Program-made: the position numbers and the translations under genes | In this document: positions 1 through 10,678 of the stretch, piece after piece | Layout: every line of letters begins with the position of its first letter | Numbering within the stretch: the stretch's first letter is position 1 | The notes under the pieces: generated by a model | Databases searched by the model: none | Told to the model about the DNA's origin: nothing | Seen by the model: the letters and a program-made list of their open reading frames with translations, nothing else | From: Octopus sinensis | Lineage: Eukaryota | Assembly (NCBI RefSeq): GCF_006345805.1 | Contig: NW_021836189.1 | Coordinates: forward strand, 1 to 28,499 | Direction: 5' to 3' | Length of the DNA: 28,499 bases

Positions 1-60
1 ACAAGCATATGACAGAAAGCTTGTAAGGTGGACCAATCAAACAAGACAAGGGATTTCCTT

Positions 61-115
61 CTATCTTTCTTTCTTTCTTTCTTTTTCTTTCTTTCTCTCT
101 CTCTCTCTCTCCCTC

Positions 116-149
<34 letters not shown>

Positions 150-159
150 AACACTAACC

Positions 160-194
<35 letters not shown>

Positions 195-425
195 ATATGT
201 ATCTATATATGTATGTATTTTTTGTATGTATGTATGTATGTATGTATGTATGTATGTATGTATCTATCTATCTATCTATCTATCAATCTATCTATCTATC
301 AATCTATCTATCTATCTATCTATCTATCAATCTATCTATCTATCAATCTATCTATCAATCTATCTATCTATCAATCTATCTATCTATCTATCTATCTATT
401 CTATCTATCTATCTATCTATCTATC

Positions 426-456
<31 letters not shown>

Positions 457-557
457 TATGCACACAGACATATATAAACACATATAAGTGTGTGTGTGTG
501 TGTGTGTTTGTATGTGTGCATGTATATAAACATGCATACACGCATATATATATATAT
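61..557. repeat. Compound microsatellite block (TTTC/CT/TA/TG/TATG/TATC)n
   Basis: Directly visible simple repeats: (TATG)n ~225-260 and (TATC)n ~261-425 among others. Confidence 0.97.
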
Positions 558-850
558 ACTTATGTAAGTAGGTGTTCGATATAGTAGAGGTAATGTCACG
601 GTTGAGAGAATACAGAGAGTGATTCACTGCAAATGATGTGACGCAGGGAAGGAAGGCTGGAAGGAGGCAAGAAAGGAGAGAAAGAAACACCTCAGTTAAC
701 CGCGTTTCAACACCTTCAGAATATATTGTTGCTTTTTGTTTTTTGGGGTTTTTTTTTTTTAACATTCTATACAAAGTAGTAATTTGTCGATCGACAGACG
801 CTGGTTTATATGCACTCACTTATAAACATACGTGTGAATGGGTATATATA

Positions 851-1042
851 TGTTTGTGTGTGTGTGTGAGTGTGTGAATGTATATGTGTATGTTTGTGTG
901 TGTGTGTGAATGCATATGTGTATGTTTGTGTGTGTGTGTGTGCGTGTGTGTGTGTGAATGTATATGTGTATGTTTGTGTGTGTGTGAATGCATATGTGTA
1001 TGTTTGTGTGTGTGTGTGTGAGCGTGTGAATGCATATGTGTA

Positions 1043-1103
<61 letters not shown>

Positions 1104-1108
1104 GTGTG
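851..1108. repeat. (GT)n-based minisatellite, unit GAATG(C/T)ATATGTGTATGT(TT)(GT)n
   Basis: Five unit starts at 876, 908, 956, 986, 1028. Confidence 0.9.
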
Positions 1109-1319
1109 TAGGTCTATAAATCATAGTGCTACCTCTTTCGGGCTCCATGGCGAAACCAATTGCAATAATGTGCGCAACGCATCGATTGATATGGAACGCG
1201 AATAAGGGTTTCTAATAATTGTCAAGTCCAACAAAATACGTTTGTTTCCGCAAAGGAGATCGACAGAATAAGCACCACTGTTCAAAATAAAATACAAGAG
1301 AAGAAAACGTCGATTTGTT

Positions 1320-1395
1320 TGAGTTAACCCTTCTAAGCGGTGCTCCAGCAAAGCCGCAACCCAATGGTTGAAACTAGTAAAAGATAAAAAATGAG
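1320..1395 (+). mobile_element. 3' fragment of SINE family 2
   Basis: AAGCGGTGCTCCAGCAAAGCCGCAAC...GAAACTAGTAAAAGATAAAA matches the 3' ends of the copies at 13313-13725 and 21124-21520. Confidence 0.6.
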
Positions 1396-1555
1396 AGATG
1401 TCAATCAGGATGATGACACTTCTATGGAGGTGGAGGGACGCAGAATGTGCCACTGTTTTATATACAATCAACAATTACCTTAAGTATATGACACCTGCGA
1501 AAGGCAGGCAGCGCTTTGTGGTATTCAATCATTCACAACATTAGCCGTATATTAA

Positions 1556-2174
1556 GGCGGCGAACTGGCAGAAACGTTAGCACGCCGAGTGAAATGCTTA
1601 GCGGTATTTCGTCTGTCTTTACGTTCTAACTTCAAATTCTGCTGTGGTCGAATTTGCCTTTCATCCTTTCAGGGTCGATAAATTAAGTAGCATTTGCGTA
1701 CTGGGGTCGATCTAATCACCTGGCCCCTCCCCCAAAATTGTGCCTAGAGTAGAAAAGATTATGTTATATTGCGTAAGGGGCGAGCTGGCAGAAACGTTAG
1801 TATGCCGGGCGAAATTCGTACCTGTATTTCGTGTGCCGTTACGTTGTGAGTTCAAATTCCGCCGAGGTCGACTTTGCCTTTCATCCTTTTGGGGTCGATA
1901 AATTAAGTACCATTTACGCACCTGGGTCGGTGTAATTGACTTAATCCGCTTGTCTGTCTTTGTTTGTTCCCTCTGTGTTTAGCTCCTTGTGGGCAATAAA
2001 GAAATAGGTATTTCGTCTGTCTTCTCGTTCTGAGTTCAAATTCTGCCGAGGTCGTCTTTGCCTTTCATCATTTTGGGGTCGATAAATTAAGTACCTGTTG
2101 CGTAATGGGGCCGATCTAACCGACTGGTCCTCTCCCCCAAAATTTCGGGCCTTGAGCTTAAATAGAAAAGAATT
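1556..2174 (+). mobile_element. Compound tRNA-derived SINE family 1 (monomer followed by head plus two body units)
   Basis: Heads GGCGA(A/G)CTGGCAGAAACGTTAG (A-box-like) at ~1558 and ~1779; B-box-like (G/C)TTCAAATTC; body GACTTTGCCTTTCATCCTTTyGGGGTCGATAAATTAAGTA in three copies; flanking direct repeats TTAGCCGTAT(A/T)TTAA at 1541-1555 and 2175-2189. Confidence 0.85.
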
Positions 2175-3000
2175 TTAGCCGTATTTTAATTGCGAAACAT
2201 AACCGCATTCAACCACTCCCGAAGAAAATTCTTCGCCTCTTTCATCGCTCTTTCTGCGGCTTTCTCTTCTGCTCTCACTAACGAGATGTTCTATAGAAGA
2301 TATTTACTGGTGAATAATCCCCACTAACCGTCATTAATATTCTTCATATTTTGCGTAGTTACATGGTGCTGGGTGTTAAGTGGCGTAGAATAATTTATAG
2401 CTAGAATCATAATTACTTGCTTGTTGGCATAGCGAACTCATTAAAACTCACCATGGGGTAACCAAGGTGGAGAGGAAGTCTTGAAATACCAAACAACGGA
2501 TTCGAAATGATTACTGCTGAGGTAAATAAACATGCTGCCTTTATTATAACGGATCTCTGTCGTTTAGTACAGAGGATTCATTTGTTGAATTAACGTATAA
2601 CTGGCTGAATATTCCTAAGTCATGTATATTGTAAAAGTTAATTTCAGGCAAATTCAGCGTGATAGACTATGTGTATGTGTTTGTTCGTGTGTACATGTGT
2701 AAGTGTGTGTGTTTGTGTGTGTGTATGTGTTGTGTGTGTGTGTATTTACCTCGTTTCTTTTTCTCCTGACCTCTCTTATATCAGCGTCTTAATTTGCAAA
2801 TTAGACACGCCATATGCTCAGAGGCCACAGACTGCTTGCTGGAACGAGGAGTGTTATAAAAACCTGCATAGACTCGCGTCTCCAAGGCAAGGAACTACAA
2901 GTAACTTGTAACTTTATACTGCGTATATTTAATGATATCTCTCACTGGATGGCGCACTTTATTGGTTGAAACTACCTAAATGGACAGCAAACTATATATA

Positions 3001-3040
<40 letters not shown>

Positions 3041-3425
3041 TGTGTGTGTGTGTGTGTGTGTTAATATATATTATATATATATATATATATATCTATACGT
3101 ATAATACATACATATAAAGATTTTGTAAGCAAACCTCATTAGAAGCATAATAGATTTTAAAATTGTACAAGACTCCTATGAAAACCGCCACCGTTCTGAG
3201 CAATTCTGTGTGCATAAATGGAAAGCCCTATCTCAGCGTGAAGCCCCAACGTCATAACTTCTTAGCACTTAAAACACTCTCTGACTAAAACGAGGAATTT
3301 GCAAAATTTATTAGAGCACCTGTCTGCCAAAAAGGTACTTGAGAGTAACAAGAGTTACACTTGATTCGCTTTGAAGAACACAGCAAAGCCAACTTGATGC
3401 TTAACATTCTCCATTCTGCATTCGC

Positions 3426-3447
3426 ACACACACACACACATGCTTAT

Positions 3448-3499
<52 letters not shown>

Positions 3500-3516
3500 T
3501 ATGTATATATATATAT
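3426..3516. repeat. (CA)n/(TA)n microsatellite, left flank of the Penelope-like element
   Basis: Direct observation. Confidence 0.95.
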
Positions 3517-3981
3517 ACAACACACAGACTCACACTCATACCTCAACTTCTCTTCCTCCCACCCAGAAACACACCAAGCTTTCCATCCCCTATTCCCAAT
3601 TCCTCCGTCTACGTAGGCTCTGTAGTGACGACCATGACTTTGAGACTCAGTCTCAACGTATGGCTCACCACTTCACCCTACGTGGATACCCCCTCACCAC
3701 TATCCACACCGCCCTTGCCAGAGCACGGTCCGTGGACCGTGTATCTGCTCTCTCTCCCCGAACCGCCCTGTAGTCTCCCGCCTCCTTTTCCCCTCACTTA
3801 CCACCCCACGACCCTACGTCTCCAACGCACCATTCTTCGAGCTTTCCGTCATCCCAGTCCGACCCGTCCACTTCACACCTCTTCCTAACCGACCCCTCCC
3901 CTCTTTCAAACGAGCCCACAACCTTCGAGACCTTTTGGTCCATAGCTCCTTCCCTGACCCTACCTCCCAACCCGGCTCGTT
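3517..3981 (+). pseudogene. Penelope-like reverse transcriptase C-terminal/linker region, frameshifted
   Basis: PLE-typical peptides spread over different frames: SIPYSQFLRLRRLCS, LTYHPTTLRLQRTILRAFRH, RAHNLRDLLVHS. Confidence 0.85.
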
Positions 3982-4368
3982 CCCTGCTCCCGCCCACGTT
4001 GCCGCACATGCCCTTACCTCTCCAACACCACCCGCCTCACTAGCACCCACCATCGACCCTATCCCATCATCCACTCCTTCACCTGCACCTCCAGCAATAT
4101 TATCTATTGCATCTCTTGCTCTCTCTGCAATTCCTTGTACATCGGACAAACGGGACGCCGCTTGGCTGACCGGTTCGCGGAACACCTTCGTGACATCCAC
4201 CTTGCGAACGACACACCGGTCTCACGCCATTTCCGCTCCACCGGTCACTCCTTGCAACACCTATCTGTGTTCGGTTTGTCCTTACACAGAGGCCATCCGG
4301 ATTCCCGTTTGCGCCGTGAACAGGAATTAATCTTCTCTCTTCGCTCTTATACGCCATTTGGTCTCAAC
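3982..4368 (+). pseudogene. GIY-YIG endonuclease domain of the Penelope-like element (frame open)
   Basis: One frame reads PCSRPRCRTCPY...SNIIYCISCSLCNSLYIGQTGRRLADRFAEHLRDI...VSRHF...RREQELIFSLRSYTPFGLN, with the IY/YIG, R, E, N and His motifs. Confidence 0.92.
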
Positions 4369-4370
4369 TC

Positions 4371-4700
4371 TCCCCCTCCTCATCTAACCCCCCTCCCCCC
4401 TCCTCACCTATCCTTTCTCCCCCGACCCCTACTTCTTCAGTCTTCATCCTTTCACCCCTACTCCCCTTCCCTTCTTCCCTCTTTCTCCCTCCCTCTTCCC
4501 CTTCCCTCTGCTCCCTCACTCCCCTCTCCCCCTTCTCTCTCTCCCCCTCTCCCTCCTCCTCCTTATCCCCTCCTCCCTCCTTCTCCCCCATCGTCTCCTC
4601 TTCCCCTCTCCTCCCCCTCTTCTTCCCTCCCCATTCTCTCCCCCTCTTCTCCCCTCCCCTCTTCTCCTCTTCCCCTCTTTTCCCCCTCCCCCTCTTCTCC
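4371..4700. repeat. Low-complexity polypyrimidine (C/T) tract within the PLE 3' region
   Basis: Direct observation; source of the Pro/Ser/Leu-rich and Gly/Glu/Arg-rich ORF artefacts. Confidence 0.9.
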
Positions 4701-4764
4701 TCACTACACCACATGACTTTACACATCACATCACATATGATGTGCCATACTAATACACACACCA

Positions 4765-4995
4765 ACTAATACATACGAATACGTACTAATACATACTAGT
4801 ACATACTAATACTTACACCAACCCTATACATACACACGTCCAGACCCCGCATACGCACTTTACTCTCTCTCACACACACACACACACACCTATACATACC
4901 AATACGTACTAATACATAAATACATACTAATACATACACCAACCCCATACATACGCACGTCCAGACCAATCTTACGCACTAATACTCTCTCATAC

Positions 4996-5026
<31 letters not shown>

Positions 5027-5089
5027 ATACATACTAATACATACACCAACCCTATACATACACACATCCAGACCCCTCCCACGCACTTT
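4765..5089. repeat. Three imperfect ~110-120 bp tandem units in the PLE 3' region
   Basis: ACACCAACCC...CCAGACC...ACGCACT anchors start at 4815, 4936, 5043. Confidence 0.8.
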
Positions 5090-5258
5090 TAGCTGGTCAC
5101 TCAACCCTTTTATCAACCCTATTATCTCCCCTTATTTCGCTCTCGCGTCTCATGTTTGATCTTTGACCTCTGGCCGAAATCAGATCGCCATGTTGATTCG
5201 TTAGCTACTGCACGCATTTTTCTTCTCTCCTTCTTTCTGTGTTTTCTCTCTCTGTGTA

Positions 5259-5296
5259 TCTTTCTGTTGAAGAGCGTAGGCTCGAAACGTTAAAGA
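5259..5296 (+). ncRNA. Minimal type I hammerhead ribozyme-like motif (variant core CUGUUGA)
   Basis: TCTTT-CTGTTGA-A-GAGC(GTAG)GCTC-GAAA-CGTT-AAAGA: 5-bp stem I, 4-bp stem II, palindromic AACGTT stem III; located at a PLE end, where such motifs are established. Confidence 0.7.
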
Positions 5297-5394
5297 CTTG
5301 TTTTATTTATATTTCCTGAGCGCCATACTAATACAATTGTTCGTTTGTCTTCCCCCTGCCTTCGTCTTTGTTTATTTTCATAAAGCTTCCCGTT

Positions 5395-5399
5395 ATATA

Positions 5400-5446
<47 letters not shown>

Positions 5447-5929
5447 GTGTGTGTGTGTGTGTATATTTAATTTTCTTATAATTAACATTTTTTGTCTAAT
5501 GCTCTCTATAAGTACACTCCTTTGAATTAACCTGTCATTTTTACGGTTTCTTCTTCTTCTTCGTCTTCTTCTTCTTCTTCTTTTCTTCTTCTTCTTCTCT
5601 TCTTTCTTCTTCTTCTTCTTCTATTGTCTTTCGATCTATCCCTTTCTCTTTCTCTCTATGTATTTGAGTATCTCCCTCCCACTCTCTCTCTATGCCTATA
5701 TATATGTATGTAAATATATAAATATATATACAGAAATATATATATATATATATATCATATATACCAATGCACACGCTACATATATATACATAGAGAAACA
5801 TGCATACTTCTCCTTTTTCTATTGTCTTTCGATCTATCTATGTATGTCTCTCCCTTTCTCTATCTCTCTCTCTATATATATATGTATATATATATATATA
5901 TATATCATATCATATATTCGCATGCACAG

Positions 5930-5972
<43 letters not shown>

Positions 5973-6030
5973 CATACACATATACTTACATACATACATA
6001 AACATATGTGGGGAGGTATCTACATGTTAC
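5395..6030. repeat. Mixed simple repeats: (TA)n, (TG)n, (CTT)n at ~5547-5622, (CA)n
   Basis: Direct observation. Confidence 0.9.
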
Positions 6031-6032
6031 AG

Positions 6033-6170
6033 CTAGATAGATAGATAGACGGATATATATATATATATGTGTGTGTGCGGAGAGAGAGATAGATAGATAG
6101 ATAGATAGATAGATAGGTAGATAGATAGATAGGTAGATAGATAGATAGACAGATAGATAGATAGATAGAC

Positions 6171-6201
<31 letters not shown>

Positions 6202-6230
6202 CAGATAGATAGATAGATAGATAGATAGAC

Positions 6231-6293
<63 letters not shown>

Positions 6294-6294
6294 C

Positions 6295-6335
<41 letters not shown>

Positions 6336-6344
6336 TATAGATAT

Positions 6345-6389
<45 letters not shown>

Positions 6390-6412
6390 CATATAGATAG
6401 ATAGATAGACAG

Positions 6413-6473
<61 letters not shown>

Positions 6474-6482
6474 CAGATAGAC

Positions 6483-6527
<45 letters not shown>

Positions 6528-6530
6528 TAT
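6033..6530. repeat. (GATA)n microsatellite with GACA interruptions
   Basis: Direct observation. Confidence 0.98.
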
Positions 6531-7027
6531 GTAAATAGGTATATACAAGTGCATGTTGTACGCTGTTATGTAAGCTTCATCTTTTAAATCTAAATTTGCA
6601 TACAGTTCACAAGAGACCAACTTTACATTATCCTCTCTGTGCGTGTTTGTAAAAAGCTAAAAACAGCATAACAACGGACAAGAAAATGCTATTAAGGGGC
6701 GCGGTTGCTATTATTGCGATTCTGGAGAAAGTCATGAACGCTACCGAGTCATGAACGCTACCGAGCTGACAGTTTTATTGCATATCAACAGGTGCACTAT
6801 CAAGTCAACGAAGGAAAAGCTTGTTTTGTGTGAAGAGGGCTCTTTATTTCTCACCTCGTTCTTCCCCCCTCTCTCTCTCTCTCTCTCTCTCTGTCGCTTT
6901 GTGCTTCCTCTCTCTCTTTGTCTCTGTCATTGTCTCTCTTTCTCTCGCCTTTTCTTTCCTTTTGTGTGTATTTAAGCGTATATGCATACATACATGTTTG
7001 TATTATACACACACACATATACAAGAA

Positions 7028-7066
<39 letters not shown>

Positions 7067-7073
<7 letters not shown>

Positions 7074-7400
7074 CACAGCAACACACACACACACATATAT
7101 ATAGATATGTATATACAAATACATATATATGCGTATGTATGTATATATATATATATATATATATATACATACACACACGCATATATATGTATGTATATCT
7201 ACACACATACAGACATATATATATATATATATATACATATACACAGCAACACACACACACACATATATATAGATATGTATATACAAATACATATATATGC
7301 GTATGTATGTATATATATATATATATATATATATACATACACACACGCATATATATGTATGTATATCTACACACATACAGACATATATATATATATACAT
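7067..7400. repeat. Tandem duplication of a ~168-bp compound-microsatellite unit
   Basis: ACATATACACAGCAAC... starts at 7067 and 7235; the copies differ only in dinucleotide run lengths. Confidence 0.9.
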
Positions 7401-7618
7401 AATTATATATATATATACCACAAGTATTTCCATATGCATACACTTGTAATATTTGTTAAACAATGTTGATAGTCACCCTCTCTCTCTCTCTCGTTGAATC
7501 CGACGGGTTCCTTACATAACAACCTAACGCAACACCAAGAATGGAATGCCACTGACTTTACTGTGGAGTAGCAAATAGGAAGCGAATAACCATGTACACA
7601 GCAGAGCAAACAAGATAT

Positions 7619-7628
7619 GTTACTACTT

Positions 7629-7694
<66 letters not shown>

Positions 7695-7720
7695 ATAATA
7701 ATAATAATAATAATAATAAT
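7619..7720. repeat. (TAC)n(TAA)n tract, tail of the minus-strand SINE at 7721
   Basis: Directly abuts the SINE 3' end. Confidence 0.9.
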
Positions 7721-7924
7721 CCTTTCTGCTGTAGTCACAAGGCCTGAAATTTGGAGGAGGAGGACTAGTCGATTACATCGGCCCCCTAGTACGCAACAGG
7801 TATTTAATTTATCGACCCCCGAAAGGATGAAAGGTAAAGTCGACCACGGCGGAATTTGAACTCAGAACGTAACGACACACGAAATACAACCGGCGTGCTA
7901 ACAGTTCTGCCAGCTCGTCGCCTT
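7721..7924 (-). mobile_element. SINE family 1 monomer
   Basis: Reverse complement carries the GGCGACGAGCTGGCAGAAC head, GTTCAAATTCC B-box and CCTTTCATCCTTTCGGGGGTCGATAAATTAAATACC body. Confidence 0.85.
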
Positions 7925-7930
7925 AATAAA

Positions 7931-7986
<56 letters not shown>

Positions 7987-8043
7987 TGACGATGACGACG
8001 ATGATGATGATGATGATGATGATGTGATGATGATGATGATAAT
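7925..8043. repeat. (AAT)n(GAC/GAT)n tract, tail of the SINE at 8044
   Basis: Directly abuts the SINE 3' end. Confidence 0.9.
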
Positions 8044-8258
8044 CCTTTCTGCTATAGGCACAAGGCCTGAAACGTTTGGGGAAGGAGATAAGTCGATTAC
8101 ATCGAACCCCAGTGCGTAACTGGTACTTATTTCTATCCAGCCCCCGAAAGGATGAAAGGGAAAGTCGACCTCCGTGGAATTTGAATTGAGAACGTAGCGG
8201 CAGACAAAATACGGCTAAGCATTTCACCCGGCGCGCTAACGATTGTTCCTGCACGCCG
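8044..8258 (-). mobile_element. SINE family 1 monomer (head degraded)
   Basis: Same body as the other family 1 copies, on the minus strand. Confidence 0.85.
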
Positions 8259-9429
8259 TTTTACTTAACAGCAACAACAACAACAACGACAATACTAATA
8301 CTACTACTAATAATAATAATAACTACTACACAATGATGTTATTTTATTTTTTAGTGTGCGAATGATATTGGCTTCTTAATTAGACGTGAATATTTCAGCA
8401 AAAAACCACTTGAGGCTCAAGTGTGCAAAGAAACAATTTACTATTGTAACTGTTACACATTGTACACAAACGCCGCCTCGATCTAAAACATGGCAAAGAA
8501 CTCGTACATAAGACACATCAGCAAAAGAGCTGAACATTGTTAAATAAAACCGAAAATAACAGCAAAATACGTAATGAAGCAAAACACATATGGTTTACAG
8601 ATACGTTGTTATACACTTCTCAAGGATGTCAGAGAATGACAGATTAACTGGCAAATCGACTCTTGTGGGTATTATGTTATACTCGCAGACAGGAGAATAA
8701 GGTGAACTGGGTGGGTATTGTCGGTCTGTGGTAGCGGGCTTAAATATATTACACAGTTTAACTCTTAATCTTCTATATAACACAGTACTGCGTCAAGCAG
8801 CTTCAATTAGCCAATTCTGAAACGCAGTTTCACAAGAATTATACTAACCCTGTTAATGTTGATTCTAAATGAAATAAAGAAATGTCTAATGCAAGACAGA
8901 TAAATCATTTTCTCTTGTGTCATTATTTCTTTTTTGTTATAGAATCATTACAGAAACTGAAAATTTTCTACAGGTCGTAGTGTTATATAATCTTATGCAA
9001 ATAAGCTAACGAATGGTTGTGTGCATATATGCCACTCTTCAACTTTTACTATTTCCCCTCTGTCTATCTTCCTCCCTCTCTTGTTCTTCATCGTTTCTGG
9101 TTTTCTCTCCCACCCTTCCCTATTCTTCTCTCCCCTTCACCGTTCCCTCTCTCTTACTCCTCCTCCTCGACTCTCTCGTCACTGACACGTGACCAGAGGG
9201 AAGCCATCTTTCGAACTGCTATCTTCACCAAGACAAGACCGTTTATCCTGTCCCTCTCATAAGCTGTCTCCCTAATGCGTTCAAAATAATTTTTCCATTG
9301 TCTTGGCTTAACAGCCCTCATCGTTTGTTTTTACTGTGTTATTCTCTTTGTTCTGTCTTTCACTGTTTTTACTTTTATTGTTTTTACTGTCCTCTTTTGT
9401 CCTTACTGTCCTGTTCTTGTTACCACTTT

Positions 9430-9870
9430 TACCCCTCCGCAAAAAATCTCCTATAAGAAGCCACTTTCATCAGATTTTCCGGCTGGATTCCCGTGTCTGA
9501 CCAACAAAAGCTATGGTTAATACCCAACCAACTCGTCCTTTGCCCACCGAAGGGTCTTTCGCCGATTGGCTCTGCTTGAAGGATTCTTCTCCGATTCTTT
9601 TCTGCGACATTCTAATCATACGTCAGTATTGCCGGAGCTGTGATATCTTAACGCAAAGTAGCATCTGTCGATTAGGGGACAGTCTCTCACCTATGAGCTA
9701 CGTACCCTATCAAGTAACGTTACGCCAGCGATCCTTCGGGCGAATTCCATTTCGGCTACTTTTAATTGTGATCGTACTCTTTCGGTCATTATCCAACAAT
9801 TATGATCATAGGTAAGGATAGGCACAAAAACCGAATAGAAATTAACGAATTAGGCTTTTATACTACTCTT
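9430..9870 (-). pseudogene. RTE-clade LINE ORF2 C-terminal remnant
   Basis: Minus-strand translation with stops and frameshifts: FYSVFVPILTYDHNCWIMTERVRSQLKVAEMEFARRIAGVTLLDRVRSS* / LLCVKISQLRQY*RMIRM / RRILQAEPIGERPFGGQRTSWL...GIQPENL. This follows the RTE (Rex3/Expander-like) post-RT region (PTLTYG.E.W.MTER...AAEM.FLRR.AG...DRVRSS...SQLRWFGH..RM...G.RP.GRPR..W). Confidence 0.85.
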
Positions 9871-10117
9871 GTGAGGGTCGATTACTGGATATGGCGTATT
9901 ATAGCACGATCACCTGTAATTCTTACACCTAATTCAGCTTCCTGCTTGCTCCTATTGCGAATATAGCTCCGAGATACCTATAGTCTTCCTTTTGCCTAAG
10001 TAGATAGTGCACGTCGGACTATATAAGCAGCCGAGTCCTTTCCCTTTTCACGATACTGGAAGGAATAAAGCTGCTATTTCTAGTATGACTAGTGACCAAG
10101 CAGAAGCTTTCTAAACA
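9870..10117 (+). mobile_element. Possible solo LTR-like segment
   Basis: Begins TG exactly where RTE homology stops; TATATAAG at 10020-10027, AATAAA at 10064-10069, possible CA end at 10117. No TSD found, so weak. Confidence 0.25.
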
Positions 10118-10240
10118 ATAAGCATAGAAATGTTGATTGTCAGTTACCATACTCAGGTGCTATGATAGATGATTTAAATATATTCTAGAAGACAACATAG
10201 AATATGATATACAGAATGCTAAGTTGAACTTAGACGGCTT

Positions 10241-10547
10241 AATTTCTTTGTTCCTTCTCGAGCCACGCCTGGCTCATTAGGGCCGGTTTCCCGGTTTCCT
10301 TGGCGTATAGGTTCCCCACCTGGACGGGACGCCGGCCCGTCGCAGGTGAGCTGCTAGATGCAGGAGGAAAGAGTGAGAGAAAGTTGTGGCAAGAGAGTCA
10401 GCAGAAGTTCGCCATTACCTCCTGCCGGAGCCGCGTGGAGCTTAGGTGTTTCGCTCATAAACACACACATCGCCCGGTCTGAGATTCGAACCCACGATCC
10501 CTCGACCGCGAGTCCGCTGCTCTAACCACTAGGCCATGTGCCTCCAC
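10241..10547 (-). mobile_element. SINE family 3, tRNA-derived, full length
   Basis: Near-identical to the reverse complement of 26532-26815; A-box TGGCCTAGTGGTTAG, B-box GTTCGAATC; 9-bp TSD AGACGGCTT at 10232-10240 and 10548-10556. Confidence 0.92.
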
Positions 10548-10678
10548 AGACGGCTTGAGTGGTTAATGAAAAAATCTATCTAGCCTGTCGACTAATTACC
10601 ACTGTGGTGTTTCTGTACTCACATTTTTTCTATATTGGGAGGACCAAGTTTGTCCTAGCATTTAGTATTATAAGATGT

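Larger units (their letters stand above)
3517..5393 (+). mobile_element. 5'-truncated Penelope-like retroelement (probably Neptune clade)
   Basis: Frameshifted RT C-terminal region (TDSHSYLNFSSSHP / HTKLSIPYSQFLRLRRLCSDDHDF...RGYP), linker (SFKRAHNLRDLLVHS), Cys-rich PCSRPRCRTCPY, GIY-YIG domain, long pyrimidine-rich 3' region, hammerhead-like motif near the end; (TA)n on both sides. Clade assignment is inference from the CxxxxCxxC linker motif. Confidence 0.9.

Noticed and set aside
2186-2290. Minus-strand terminal-exon-like frame NISLVRAEEKAAERAMKEAKNFLREWLNAVMFRN*
   Set aside because: Short, unrecognised, and its stop falls in the SINE flank repeat; chance is not excluded.
4369-4765. Pro/Ser-rich extension of the GIY-YIG ORF and antisense Gly/Glu/Arg ORFs
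   Set aside because: Artefact of the polypyrimidine tract.
9040-9420. Pyrimidine-rich segment resembling the PLE 3' region architecture
   Set aside because: Only compositional similarity to 4371-5250; no alignable sequence, ORF or ribozyme motif.
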